Shown here: positions 37,178 through 46,281 of the stretch, piece by piece
Numbering within the stretch: the stretch's first letter is position 1
How the letters are laid out: each line of letters starts with the position of its first letter
Source of the DNA: an uncultured Verrucomicrobiae bacterium
GTDB taxonomy: Bacteria > Verrucomicrobiota > Verrucomicrobiia > Chthoniobacterales > UBA10450
Length of the DNA: 64,000 nt
Assembly (NCBI GenBank): GCA_963719605.1
Contig: CAVRCO010000007.1
Coordinates: forward strand, 42,844 to 106,843
Reading direction: 5' to 3'
Notes under the pieces: model-generated
The model's input: the letters and a program-made list of their open reading frames with translations, nothing else
What the model was told of the DNA's origin: nothing
Databases searched by the model: none
Program-made: the position numbers and the translations under genes

Positions 37178-37228
37178 AATACTTTCGGAGCGTCAGCCGT
37201 GGATTGCTCTAATTGTTCGCTCAAGCCT

Positions 37229-37573
37229 CTACAGCGCGCCGTGGCGAACTTTTTCGTCGATCGCCAAATAGTCGTTTCGCGGCGGGCTGAACGTATCGAG
37301 CACACGCGTGGGCAACAGCGTTTCCACGCCATGCGGAACATTGCTCGCGAGATAAAAGGAATCGCCGGTTGAAAGCTCGTGCGGCACGCCATCAACGATG
37401 AGTCGCATTTGCCCTTCGAGAATGTGGACGATCTGCTCCTGTGGATGCGAATGTGCTGGCATAATGCTTCCGGCGGCCAGCGTCGCCATCATCTGATACA
37501 TCGTCTTGCCGTGGGCAACCGTCCGGCGCGTGATGCCCGGACAAATTTCAATCGTCGGATTTTCTCGCTTCAT
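37229..37573 (-). CDS. cupin domain protein
   Basis: 114 aa. Cupin_2 motifs: GSIMPAHSHPQEQIVHILEG and GDSFYLASNVPHG. Confidence 0.75.
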   Translation of the reverse strand: MKRENPTIEICPGITRRTVAHGKTMYQMMATLAAGSIMPAHSHPQEQIVHILEGQMRLIVDGVPHELSTGDSFYLASNVPHGVETLLPTRVLDTFSPPRNDYLAIDEKVRHGAL

Positions 37574-37674
37574 GTAGAGAAAATTACGCGAGAAGGTTGG
37601 TCGCGCGAACAGTTCCTTCCGCGTTTCGCACTTGTCGCTTGCCAGTCGTCACTGGCCAGTGGCAGAATCCGGCC

Positions 37675-38346
37675 ATGAAAATACCCACGCTATTAGTCAC
37701 AATTCTGTCTGCGACATTGATCGCAGCTCCCTCGTTTGCGCAAACCTCAGGTGAATCGCCTGCTGCTGCCACAAGCTCTGCCGCGGCTCCCAGCGGCCAG
37801 CCGAACCCGCAGGAGATGATGAAGCAAATGATGGAGATGTCTAAACTCAACGAGAACCACAAGGTTCTCACCGATCTCGACGGCAATTGGAATTACACCA
37901 TCAAGTTCTGGATGAATCCCGATCCGAACGCGCCGCCACAGCAATCCAAAGGCACCGCCACCCGCAAAAGCGTTATGGGCGGTCGTTACGTGATGATGGA
38001 TGTGAGTGGCAAAATGCAGATGCCGGGCGAAGACGGCAAAATGAAAGACATGCAATTCAAAGGCATGGGCGTCGAAGGCTATGACAACGTAAAGAAAAAG
38101 TTCGTCGCTTCATGGATCGACAATATGGGAACCGGTATTCAGTTTTCCGACGGCACATATGATCCCGCGACCAAGACACTCACTTACACGAGCGAAATGG
38201 AGCCTGTGCCCGGAATGAAAACACCGGTGCGCGAGGTGATTAAGGTCGCCGACAACAACCATATGACCCTGGAATGGTACGAAAATCACGGCGGGCAGGA
38301 AAAGAAGACGATGGAAATCAACTACACGCGCGCCGGCAAAAAATAG
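37675..38346 (+). CDS. secreted DUF1579 family protein
   Basis: ATG 37675 gives the signal peptide MKIPTLLVTILSATLIAAPSFA. LDGNWNYTIKFW ... MGGRYVMMDVSG ... FKGMGVEGYDNVKKKFVASWIDNMGTG is DUF1579-like. Confidence 0.7.
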   Translation: MKIPTLLVTILSATLIAAPSFAQTSGESPAAATSSAAAPSGQPNPQEMMKQMMEMSKLNENHKVLTDLDGNWNYTIKFWMNPDPNAPPQQSKGTATRKSVMGGRYVMMDVSGKMQMPGEDGKMKDMQFKGMGVEGYDNVKKKFVASWIDNMGTGIQFSDGTYDPATKTLTYTSEMEPVPGMKTPVREVIKVADNNHMTLEWYENHGGQEKKTMEINYTRAGKK

Positions 38347-38365
38347 CGCGATACGCGATCTGCGC

Positions 38366-39787
38366 TTAGACAGAAGTCGGCAACGTTTTCGCTAAACGTC
38401 GCAAATCGTCGAGCAAGATCTCCATGTCGCGCAAGGTGGTGCGATAATTCAGCACGCAGCCGCGCAGTGCGAAGCGGCCGCCTAGCGTGGTATTGGAGAG
38501 ATACGAGCTCCCATCTCGTTGCAAGGCGATTAACAGTCGCTCATTGAATTCGTCGATTGCCTGTGGCGATTCGCTTCTGAGATGCGATGGCATATGGCGA
38601 AAGCAAAAAATTGACAGCTCGACCGGCGCGACCATCTCGAAATCGTTGCTGGCCCTGACCAGCGACTCGAGGTAGCGCGCGCATGCAAGATTGTTTTCGA
38701 TAGCCTCGCCCAGGGAATGAAGGCCGACCCCTTTTAACAACATCCAAACTTTAAGCGCTCTAAAACGCCGCGACAATTCCGGGCCGTAATCCCAGAATGC
38801 GAAGGCCTCGTCTGCCTCTTCCCCAATAATGCGAGTATATTCGGCGTCGTGGGCAAACGTGGCCTGCGCGGTCTCTGCTGCGCGGTAAATTACGCAGCCG
38901 ACGTCGACCGGGAGATAAAGCCATTTGTGAGGATCGAGCGCGATCGAATCCGCCTGCTCAAGCCCCGCAAACAGCCCACGCGCAGATTTCGCGAGAACTG
39001 CGAAGGCGCCATAACTTCCATCCACGTGCATCCAAAGTTGGAAGCGGTTTGCAACCTCTCGAATCTCCGCCAACGGGTCCACCGCACCAGTGTTCACGGT
39101 TCCGGCATTCGCAACCACGCAGAAAGGAACATAGCCGGCCTCCACGTCAGCATTGATTTTTGCAACCAGATCGTCAGTTCGGATTTTGAAGTGCTTGTCG
39201 ACTGCGACATGGCGCACATTTTCCCGCCCGATTCCCAAAAGCGCTGCTGCCTTGGCGATGGAGAAATGGGTTTCGCTCGAGGCATACATGCGTAAGCGAG
39301 CTGACGATTTGTTTTTCGCCTGACGGGCCGTTGCGATCGCGGCGAGATTGGCCATCGATCCACCGCTGACAAAGAGTCCACCGGCTTGAGCATTGAATCC
39401 AAGAATTTGTCGGACCCAATCGATCGTTAGACGTTCGAGTTCCACCGGCGCCGGCGCGGAACGCCAGACCGTGAGATTCGCGTTTAAGGTCGAGGCGAGC
39501 AGGTCGGCAAATGCGGCGAGAGCAGTGCCAGGCGATTGCACATAGCCAAACATGCGAGGATGGGCGTTCTGTCGGCTAAACGGGATAATGGTCTCGCGGA
39601 AAACTTTAAGTAGACCGTCCAAATCGGTTCCGTGGATAGGAAGCGTAGAGTCGAGTCGGTCGCGAATCTCGCGTGAAGACATGCGACTATAAACTCTGTG
39701 GTCGCGGAGATCGCCGAGATAATTGGTCATCAGTTGGATCACCGAATTGCCCCAATTGCGTATCTCGTCGGCGGAAGGATCAAGCAT
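38366..39787 (-). CDS. group II pyridoxal-dependent decarboxylase (aromatic amino acid/tyrosine decarboxylase-like)
   Basis: 473 aa. Motifs GGSMANLAAI, HVDGSYGAF, and SIALDPHKWLYLP (PLP lysine). Confidence 0.8.
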   Translation of the reverse strand: MLDPSADEIRNWGNSVIQLMTNYLGDLRDHRVYSRMSSREIRDRLDSTLPIHGTDLDGLLKVFRETIIPFSRQNAHPRMFGYVQSPGTALAAFADLLASTLNANLTVWRSAPAPVELERLTIDWVRQILGFNAQAGGLFVSGGSMANLAAIATARQAKNKSSARLRMYASSETHFSIAKAAALLGIGRENVRHVAVDKHFKIRTDDLVAKINADVEAGYVPFCVVANAGTVNTGAVDPLAEIREVANRFQLWMHVDGSYGAFAVLAKSARGLFAGLEQADSIALDPHKWLYLPVDVGCVIYRAAETAQATFAHDAEYTRIIGEEADEAFAFWDYGPELSRRFRALKVWMLLKGVGLHSLGEAIENNLACARYLESLVRASNDFEMVAPVELSIFCFRHMPSHLRSESPQAIDEFNERLLIALQRDGSSYLSNTTLGGRFALRGCVLNYRTTLRDMEILLDDLRRLAKTLPTSV

Positions 39788-39859
39788 TGTTTACGTAGTA
39801 TGCGTCGCGCTAACAGCATTGTCAGCCTTCGCGCCGACATTACGGATTTGTGTCGATCG

Positions 39860-40615
39860 TTATGCGCGTCGCTGCTTTTGGATCTGTCGCGTGATCAGAA
39901 AATGCGCGACGAACCCCAGCAAAAACGTGACGATACCGAACCAGGGATTCAGAGTCGCCGCGATCAACAGTTCAGCGAGACCGAACAACCAGACAAAACT
40001 CTCTCCCGCGAAGGCCTGGCCCCAGTCGGGTCGGAGATTTCCGGACGGAACGCGCGGCTTTAGCGCGGGCCAGAAGCGCGGGACCGCTCGGCAATATGCC
40101 CGATATGATTCCCCTTGGGTTTTCAGCAGGGATTCTTCTTCGCGAAGAATCAGCCGATAAACAAAAATCCAGTTTGCCGCCACCAGAAAGATAAATCCGG
40201 AACGGCTGGCGAGGACGCCGATTCCAGCCGCCATCGGCAGGATTGCCAGATAAAGCGGATTGCGCGTGTAGCGAAAAGGCCCGTCTGCTACGAGCGCTTC
40301 CGAATGTTGTGCGGTGTCGTGCACGACTTCGGTCCGCAAATACGCCGCTCCCCACGTTCGCAATACGGCTGCGAGAAAAACGAGCAGTGCGCCCGCGACG
40401 ATCACGATTCGGGCGAACACTATCGCCTGCGGCTCCCCGCCGACGATCGACGGAGCAATCAAATGCCGCAGCGCGGCAATGAAGGGAACCCTATCGAACT
40501 CGGAAAGGCAAAATCCTGTGAAATAGATCGCGGTGATGATCCAGAACCGTTTTTCGAACTCGACCTTGGTCGCGCCCACGGCTGCATTTGTAGCGGCTGC
40601 TGCTCTCCGCTGCAA
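39860..40615 (-). CDS. isoprenylcysteine carboxyl methyltransferase/phospholipid methyltransferase family membrane protein
   Basis: Multi-TM. LVADGPFRYTRNPLYLAILPMAAG and EEESLLKTQGESYRAYCRAVPRFWP are ICMT/PEMT signatures. Confidence 0.7.
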   Translation of the reverse strand: MQRRAAAATNAAVGATKVEFEKRFWIITAIYFTGFCLSEFDRVPFIAALRHLIAPSIVGGEPQAIVFARIVIVAGALLVFLAAVLRTWGAAYLRTEVVHDTAQHSEALVADGPFRYTRNPLYLAILPMAAGIGVLASRSGFIFLVAANWIFVYRLILREEESLLKTQGESYRAYCRAVPRFWPALKPRVPSGNLRPDWGQAFAGESFVWLFGLAELLIAATLNPWFGIVTFLLGFVAHFLITRQIQKQRRA

Positions 40616-40630
40616 TCCGCCGCTGCTCCT

Positions 40631-40996
40631 TCAGTCCGAGGAAACGACGAACCGGTTGCCCTCGCTGTCCTTGAACATCGCATAGGTGCCCCACGGTTGT
40701 TTTTGCGGTGGAGCTTCAAATTCCACACCGCGCTTCTTGAGCTCGGTGTACGTGCTGTCGATATCATCGCATGCGTACGATACGTTCATGAATGAGCCGA
40801 TTCGCTTTTCGTCGCCTTCAGGCGTGAACAACACCAGGCGTGTCTCCGCTTTTGGAATTCTCAATTCGATCCAGCGCTGCCTCTCGTCGAAGGGCTGGTC
40901 GGTGATGATCGTGAACCCAAGTTTGTCCGTGTAAAAATCCAACGCACGATTTTGGTCGGCGACCGGAATGCTAATAAATTTGATTTGCCTGATCAT
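40631..40996 (-). CDS. VOC family (glyoxalase/bleomycin resistance) protein
   Basis: 121 aa. FISIPVADQNRALDFYTDKLGF ... PWGTYAMFKDSEGNRFVV. Confidence 0.8.
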   Translation of the reverse strand: MIRQIKFISIPVADQNRALDFYTDKLGFTIITDQPFDERQRWIELRIPKAETRLVLFTPEGDEKRIGSFMNVSYACDDIDSTYTELKKRGVEFEAPPQKQPWGTYAMFKDSEGNRFVVSSD

Positions 40997-41118
40997 GATG
41001 CGCCGAACCTAATGCGATCGACACGTTCGCGTCCAGGCGCGAGCTGTATGCCCCTTCAAAAAGTGCTGTCCGTTTATCGGTGTAGCCGATACTATAGCCG
41101 CCTCACCATGCAGCCGCC

Positions 41119-41436
41119 ATGCCCCGTTTCCGCGAAACCATTCCTGTTGACGATTACGTCCTCGACGTGCTCATGCGCGATCTGATCGGGCACGACCAGC
41201 AACCCGTTGCTTATCTGGTGTATCTGTGTCTCTACGGCCAGGCCGCGCGGAAGAAATGGAAACCGGTCGTGGCGAGCGTACGAACGCTTGCCGACGCGAC
41301 CGGCCTTTCCAAGAGCGCCATCCAAAACGCTCTCGCAACCCTGCGCCGCCGCGAATTAATTATCACCACCCGCGACCACGTCACGGCCACGTCGCGACAC
41401 CGCGTGCTCCGCCACTGGCGCACTCAGTCATTGTAG
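41119..41436 (+). CDS. small winged-helix/HTH domain protein
   Basis: 105 aa. SVRTLADATGLSKSAIQNALATLRRRELI looks like a wHTH recognition unit. No family could be assigned. Confidence 0.45.
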   Translation: MPRFRETIPVDDYVLDVLMRDLIGHDQQPVAYLVYLCLYGQAARKKWKPVVASVRTLADATGLSKSAIQNALATLRRRELIITTRDHVTATSRHRVLRHWRTQSL

Positions 41437-41480
41437 CCGCCTCGCTGTGTCGAGGCGTTCCGCCGACATCGTCCAGGGTG

Positions 41481-42950
41481 CTAGTTCGTTACAAACGGCG
41501 GCGGGGCCATTCGCTCAACGCAGCTTACATCGAGATTTTTTGCGTCGCCTTTGTCGAGAAATTCGATCGCGATCCGATCGACGCAACCAGGATCCTTTAG
41601 GCCATCAACACCATGGCCAGCCTCGGCAATAATGATGTGTCTGCTGTTCCGCAAATGTTTCGCGACCTCTTCGCCGTACTTTGGCGGCGTGACCGGATCC
41701 ATGTTGCCGGAAAAAATCAGCACCGGCACGTTTGAAGATACCGGCTCGAGAAAATCGGTTGGAATCTTACCGCGCGGCCACATCCCGCAGGCGCGTGTTT
41801 GCTGGAACACGCGATAGTTCCCGAACGGATTATCCGCGTTCAGCTTCGCCGCTTCCTGCTGATTAATGAATGGAACGTCTTCGGCGCACGTCACCGACAA
41901 ATACTCCCCGTCCGCTATGAAATCAGGGATCGATGGCCCGATCGCTTGCTGGAGGAACGGCGCGAAATCCCCGCCAGCCGCATGATGAACAATCATGGGA
42001 ATCCGCGCCGCTTTGTCGCGTTCGTACATCCAGGTTCTGATTTTCTCCGCGAAGACACCGCGCTGAATTTCGACTGTCGTCGGCGCGGCCTTGTCGCCCG
42101 AAGAATATTCCACGCGCGCGGGTTGTTCCTCCAACTGCGCCAGCGCTTTCTTCCAGTCATCGCGGATTTGCGGGAAAGCGGCGTGACACGCAGCGTCTCG
42201 TTCGCATTCACCCAACAACAAATCAAGTGCACGCGCTGCGGACTCGGAATGGTGTAACGGCATTTTCAAATCAGTCGGCGCGACGGCCGCCAGGATCGCG
42301 CTGCGCACGTGATCGGGATGCTGACGCATGTAAACCAGCACCGCGCGGGTCCCGTACGACCCACCAAAAAGATTGATCCTGTCATAACCGAGCCACTCTC
42401 GCACATCGTCGAGATCATCCATTGCAACGGACGTTGTGTATTTCGTCAGGTCCGCGCGTTGCTCAAGCGCGTGACGCATTTGCCTGATGTAATCGATTGG
42501 ATACATCTCGCTGAGGTAATAGCTCGCTGTTTTTTCCCGCGGAATCGCAAGGCGATTTGATTGCCCGGTCCCGCGCTGATCGACGCACACTACATCGTGT
42601 CGGCGACGATAATCCTTGCCCGGTCCGGCGTAGAATCCGGCTGCGTTTGCAGACGATGCGCCCGGCCCGCCCGCCAGATCGAACAGCGGTTCCGCTTTGG
42701 TTTTTTGATCGAACGCCGGCAGAACGACGATGTTTAAATCGATCGTTCGACCGGTGCGCGTTTCCCGATTTTCAAAAACCGTCAGTTTACCGCAGAACAA
42801 TTCCTCGTCGATTCCGGCTAGCCGACACGGCTTCAACTTCGACAAGCCATCCGGCAGTCGATGTTTGGCGCAGCCGCTGGCAGCGAGCACGAATAAGACG
42901 GCGGCGGCCGTCATCAGCAAGGTGCAACAAACGCAGCGGAGTCCGCGCAC
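41481..42950 (-). CDS. secreted alpha/beta hydrolase (S33 tripeptidyl/prolyl aminopeptidase-like)
   Basis: Lipoprotein-like leader ...LAASGCA. Nucleophile elbow NLFGGSYG and C-terminal GNMDPVTP ... AGHG are present. Confidence 0.75.
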   Translation of the reverse strand: MRGLRCVCCTLLMTAAAVLFVLAASGCAKHRLPDGLSKLKPCRLAGIDEELFCGKLTVFENRETRTGRTIDLNIVVLPAFDQKTKAEPLFDLAGGPGASSANAAGFYAGPGKDYRRRHDVVCVDQRGTGQSNRLAIPREKTASYYLSEMYPIDYIRQMRHALEQRADLTKYTTSVAMDDLDDVREWLGYDRINLFGGSYGTRAVLVYMRQHPDHVRSAILAAVAPTDLKMPLHHSESAARALDLLLGECERDAACHAAFPQIRDDWKKALAQLEEQPARVEYSSGDKAAPTTVEIQRGVFAEKIRTWMYERDKAARIPMIVHHAAGGDFAPFLQQAIGPSIPDFIADGEYLSVTCAEDVPFINQQEAAKLNADNPFGNYRVFQQTRACGMWPRGKIPTDFLEPVSSNVPVLIFSGNMDPVTPPKYGEEVAKHLRNSRHIIIAEAGHGVDGLKDPGCVDRIAIEFLDKGDAKNLDVSCVERMAPPPFVTN

Positions 42951-42980
42951 ACGGCGATGTTATCCCGTAAACGACTCCTT

Positions 42981-43958
42981 TCATAGCCCGGCCGGTGTCA
43001 CGCGAATATCCGGCATCGTGAAGCCGATCGCTTTCAATTCCGCGGCAAGCAGCATTGCCTGCTCTTTCGTGAGCTTGACCAGAGGCGGGCGCACGCGGGA
43101 CCACTCCGAATCGTTCCTGTAGATCGCAATCGCCTGCTTCAACACTGCGATCATGGACGGAAATTCCTTGTTACCGAACACTTCACGCATGACATCTAGT
43201 TTCGATCGTTGTTGATCCGCGCTATCTGCGTCATCCGCGGTGTTCCACTGTCTGTACAACTTGTGAATTGCCGCCGGATTCACATTGGCCGTGGCGGAAA
43301 TGGTTCCCACACCGCCATTGCGCATATTGGCCAGCAAGAACGACTCGCTGCCGACAAATACGTCAAAACCATTTTTGGCAAATGCGTTGAGAAAAGTTTT
43401 GGTGTTATTCCAATCGCCCGAGCTGTCTTTCATCCCGGCGATCGCGTTTGGATAAGCTTTCAGGAGGCGCTCGACCAATTTTGGTGTGATACCGACGATT
43501 GCCACCGGTGGAATATGGTAGAGATAAATTTTCAGCCGCGTGTCGCCGACGCGTTGTACTATTTCGCTGAAGTAACGGTGGAGTCCTTCTTCGCTGACGT
43601 CTTTGTAATAAAACGGCGGGAGCATCAACACACCGGCGCAACCGTGTTTCACCGCGCGCGTCGTAAGTTTGACTGTCTCGGTGATCGAGCAGCAGCCGGT
43701 GCCCGGCATCATGCGGGACGGATCGATGCCGGCCGCGACCAGGGCGTCGAGCAACGTCAATCGCTCTTCGGCTGCCATCGAGTTCGCTTCGCTGTTGGTG
43801 CCAAACACGGCCAGCCCGCAGTTCTGCGAAAGTAGCCATTGGCAATGCCTGATGAATCGTTCGCAGTCAGGCGAAAGATCGGCCTTGAACGGCGTTACGA
43901 CTGGTGCCAGTACACCGCGGATGCGTTGACTCGGCGGCAAAATTCTGGTTTCCGTCAT
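42981..43958 (-). CDS. dihydrodipicolinate synthase/N-acetylneuraminate lyase family protein
   Basis: ATG at 43958 (MTETRILPPSQRIRGVLAPVVTPF). Motifs FGTNSEA, YLYHIP, and IAGMKDSSGD (Schiff-base Lys). Confidence 0.8.
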   Translation of the reverse strand: MTETRILPPSQRIRGVLAPVVTPFKADLSPDCERFIRHCQWLLSQNCGLAVFGTNSEANSMAAEERLTLLDALVAAGIDPSRMMPGTGCCSITETVKLTTRAVKHGCAGVLMLPPFYYKDVSEEGLHRYFSEIVQRVGDTRLKIYLYHIPPVAIVGITPKLVERLLKAYPNAIAGMKDSSGDWNNTKTFLNAFAKNGFDVFVGSESFLLANMRNGGVGTISATANVNPAAIHKLYRQWNTADDADSADQQRSKLDVMREVFGNKEFPSMIAVLKQAIAIYRNDSEWSRVRPPLVKLTKEQAMLLAAELKAIGFTMPDIRVTPAGL

Positions 43959-44077
43959 CGCCAAAAAGAAAGCCGAAAACCGAAGATGCAAGCAACGTAT
44001 TTGCCGCAGTCAACGCCCGCGGCTACAGCATTGCGTCGGTCGTTGCTCGTGATTGTTTTCCGAGTTACACGATCCCG

Positions 44078-44440
44078 ATGCGTCGTCGTAAGCGGACACG
44101 GATGCGTTTATCCGAACCCAAATTCCACCATAACGTTTACGTTGTTCTACTCTCCAAAGCCGCGCTGAAGGATTTGTCCATCACGCGGTGCAATCCCGCT
44201 CGCGATCCATCCAAGCCGGCCGTCTACGTTGGAATGACCGGATTGCCGGTAGATCACCGATTTGAAAATCACAAGAACGGGTACAAATCAGCCCGGCTGG
44301 TCAGGAAATATGGTGTTCGATTATTGCCAGAGCTGTTCGAGCATCTGAACCCGATGCCGTACGAACATGCCGTTCAAATGGAAAAAGACCTGGCGGACGA
44401 CCTGCGCGCTCAAGGCTACGCCGTTTGCGGGGGAACTTGA
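44078..44440 (+). CDS. GIY-YIG-like nuclease superfamily domain protein
   Basis: ATG at 44078. HHNVYVVLL ... PAVYVGMTGLPVDHRFENHKNGY ... QMEKDL follows the GIY / YIG / Arg / Glu spacing. Confidence 0.45.
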   Translation: MRRRKRTRMRLSEPKFHHNVYVVLLSKAALKDLSITRCNPARDPSKPAVYVGMTGLPVDHRFENHKNGYKSARLVRKYGVRLLPELFEHLNPMPYEHAVQMEKDLADDLRAQGYAVCGGT

Positions 44441-44465
44441 GGAAATTGTGAGTCGGGCGTGGTGG

Positions 44466-45128
44466 TTATTCGGCGCCCACAAGTTTTCGAACCAGCGCCG
44501 GTAATTCTTTCAAACTACTGAGAACGTAGTCGGCTTTCTTTTCGTACTCGTGCGGATTTACAAAGCGCGTGTCGGGGATCGCGGCGACGAGCATATTCGC
44601 CGCCTTGGCCGCGGCGACGCCGGGAAGCGCGTCTTCAACCACGAGACATGCGTCAGTAGGGATTCCCAGTTTGTTCGCCGCGCGCAGATAGATGTCGGGA
44701 GCGGGTTTACCGTGTTCGACTTCTTCACCAGTAACAATGACCTCGAAGAATCCGGTCAGTTGATGTCGATCCAGGAATGGTCGCGCCGACGCGCTTACCG
44801 AGCTTGTGGCGACGGCGAGACGCAGTTTCATCCGCCGCAGTTCCTCCAACACTTTTTTGACGTTAGGAAACAGCCCGACCCGACTGCCAAAGAACTCCGT
44901 CGCGATCTCGCCGCGACGCCGCATCATTTCCTCAGTGGGCACGGCTAGGCCGAATGCTTTCTTGTAAAACTCGACCGCGAGCCGGTAGCTCACCCCGACT
45001 ACGTTCTGATGGTATTCACCGCGATACGTGTCGCCGTACTCGGCGAGTAATTTCGCGTCGATCTGGTTCCACCACGGCTCGGAGTCGGCGAGCACACCGT
45101 CGAGATCGAAGATTACGGCAGATAGCAT
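44466..45128 (-). CDS. HAD-IA family hydrolase (beta-phosphoglucomutase-like)
   Basis: ATG at 45128 (MLSAVIFDLDGVLADSE, DxDG motif I). Motifs VATSS, GKPAPDIY, VVEDALPGVAAAKAANM. Confidence 0.85.
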   Translation of the reverse strand: MLSAVIFDLDGVLADSEPWWNQIDAKLLAEYGDTYRGEYHQNVVGVSYRLAVEFYKKAFGLAVPTEEMMRRRGEIATEFFGSRVGLFPNVKKVLEELRRMKLRLAVATSSVSASARPFLDRHQLTGFFEVIVTGEEVEHGKPAPDIYLRAANKLGIPTDACLVVEDALPGVAAAKAANMLVAAIPDTRFVNPHEYEKKADYVLSSLKELPALVRKLVGAE

Positions 45129-45303
45129 CAGAGAAGTTGAAACGTTGAGGAGTTGGCATGTTGAGCCGAAATCAGAAGGAAGCAAACGTCGAACGCTCAA
45201 CTCTGAATTTCAGCAGTTGGAACACACGTGCGGATTCCGGATTGTGCGACCCCCTCACTTTCATCTCCTCTGTCGAGGAGGAGAGGAAAACGCGCGTTGG
45301 GCT

Positions 45304-46224
45304 TTACAAACTTTGTAGCAGCTGGGTGAGATCGCGGCGAAAGCTGGTTTCGGAGCTGTTGTAGCCACTGTGCGTCAAGCGCACGTGGCCCGTGCGGTCG
45401 ATCACCACCAAGGTGGGAAATCCGCTCAAACCAAATGCGTGCATCGTTCTCTGTTCGGGATCAAACGCGACCGGCAGTGAAATGTGGCGGCGCTGCGCGA
45501 ACGCTCGCACCCGCTCGGGCGTATCGCCACCGCGGTTCGTGCCGACGAGCACGAATTCGATGTCGCGCTTAGTCTGCAGATCGGCGCGAAGACGCTCCAG
45601 TTCCGGCAGCTCGGCGATACATGGAGAACACCAGGTCGCAAAAAAATCGAGCACGAGAATTTTGCCCGGTGTCGCGCCAGTCGGCACCGGACCCTGGTTA
45701 ATTGGTTGCAAAGTGAATGAAGGCGCCGCGCCGTTGCTCACATGCGTTAACGCTCGCTGCATCCGCACCGGAATGTAGAAGACACAATACCAGGCTGAGG
45801 TCGCGACTAATATTACAGCCCCACCGAGTCTGATTATCTTGCCAAATCGCGTTCGGAACAGCAGCACCATGACAATCGCCGCCCATAACAGAAGGGTCGG
45901 CCAAAGAAACGGTATTTGCGGCAGGACCAAGAACGCGAACAAGAACATCAACGCGAAAAGAAGAAGAACACCGGCGATCCAATCTTCCCGCGCTCTCGCG
46001 CCCAGCAAAAATGCGGCGACGGCAAGCAGCAATGCGCCGCCGAGGTAAAGGAGACGAAGATCGTCCGAGACAAGGAGCGCGCTGCCAAATACGGCCGCGG
46101 CGACAATGATACCGATCCCGAATGCGACGAGTCTGTACTTTCCAGCTCGCGCGATTTGCTGGCATTGAATCCATACGGTTCCCTTCTCTTGATTCGATGC
46201 GGCTACGCTTCCATCTGGATTCAA
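45304..46224 (-). CDS. membrane-anchored TlpA/redoxin family thiol-disulfide oxidoreductase
   Basis: Several N-terminal TM helices, then a thioredoxin fold with LDFFATWCSPCIAELPEL (CxxC). Confidence 0.8.
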   Translation of the reverse strand: MNPDGSVAASNQEKGTVWIQCQQIARAGKYRLVAFGIGIIVAAAVFGSALLVSDDLRLLYLGGALLLAVAAFLLGARAREDWIAGVLLLFALMFLFAFLVLPQIPFLWPTLLLWAAIVMVLLFRTRFGKIIRLGGAVILVATSAWYCVFYIPVRMQRALTHVSNGAAPSFTLQPINQGPVPTGATPGKILVLDFFATWCSPCIAELPELERLRADLQTKRDIEFVLVGTNRGGDTPERVRAFAQRRHISLPVAFDPEQRTMHAFGLSGFPTLVVIDRTGHVRLTHSGYNSSETSFRRDLTQLLQSL

Positions 46225-46281
46225 ATAATGGATTGAGACGTTGTTGCGGGTTTCTTAATCGCAGAAGACAATGGCCGACTT

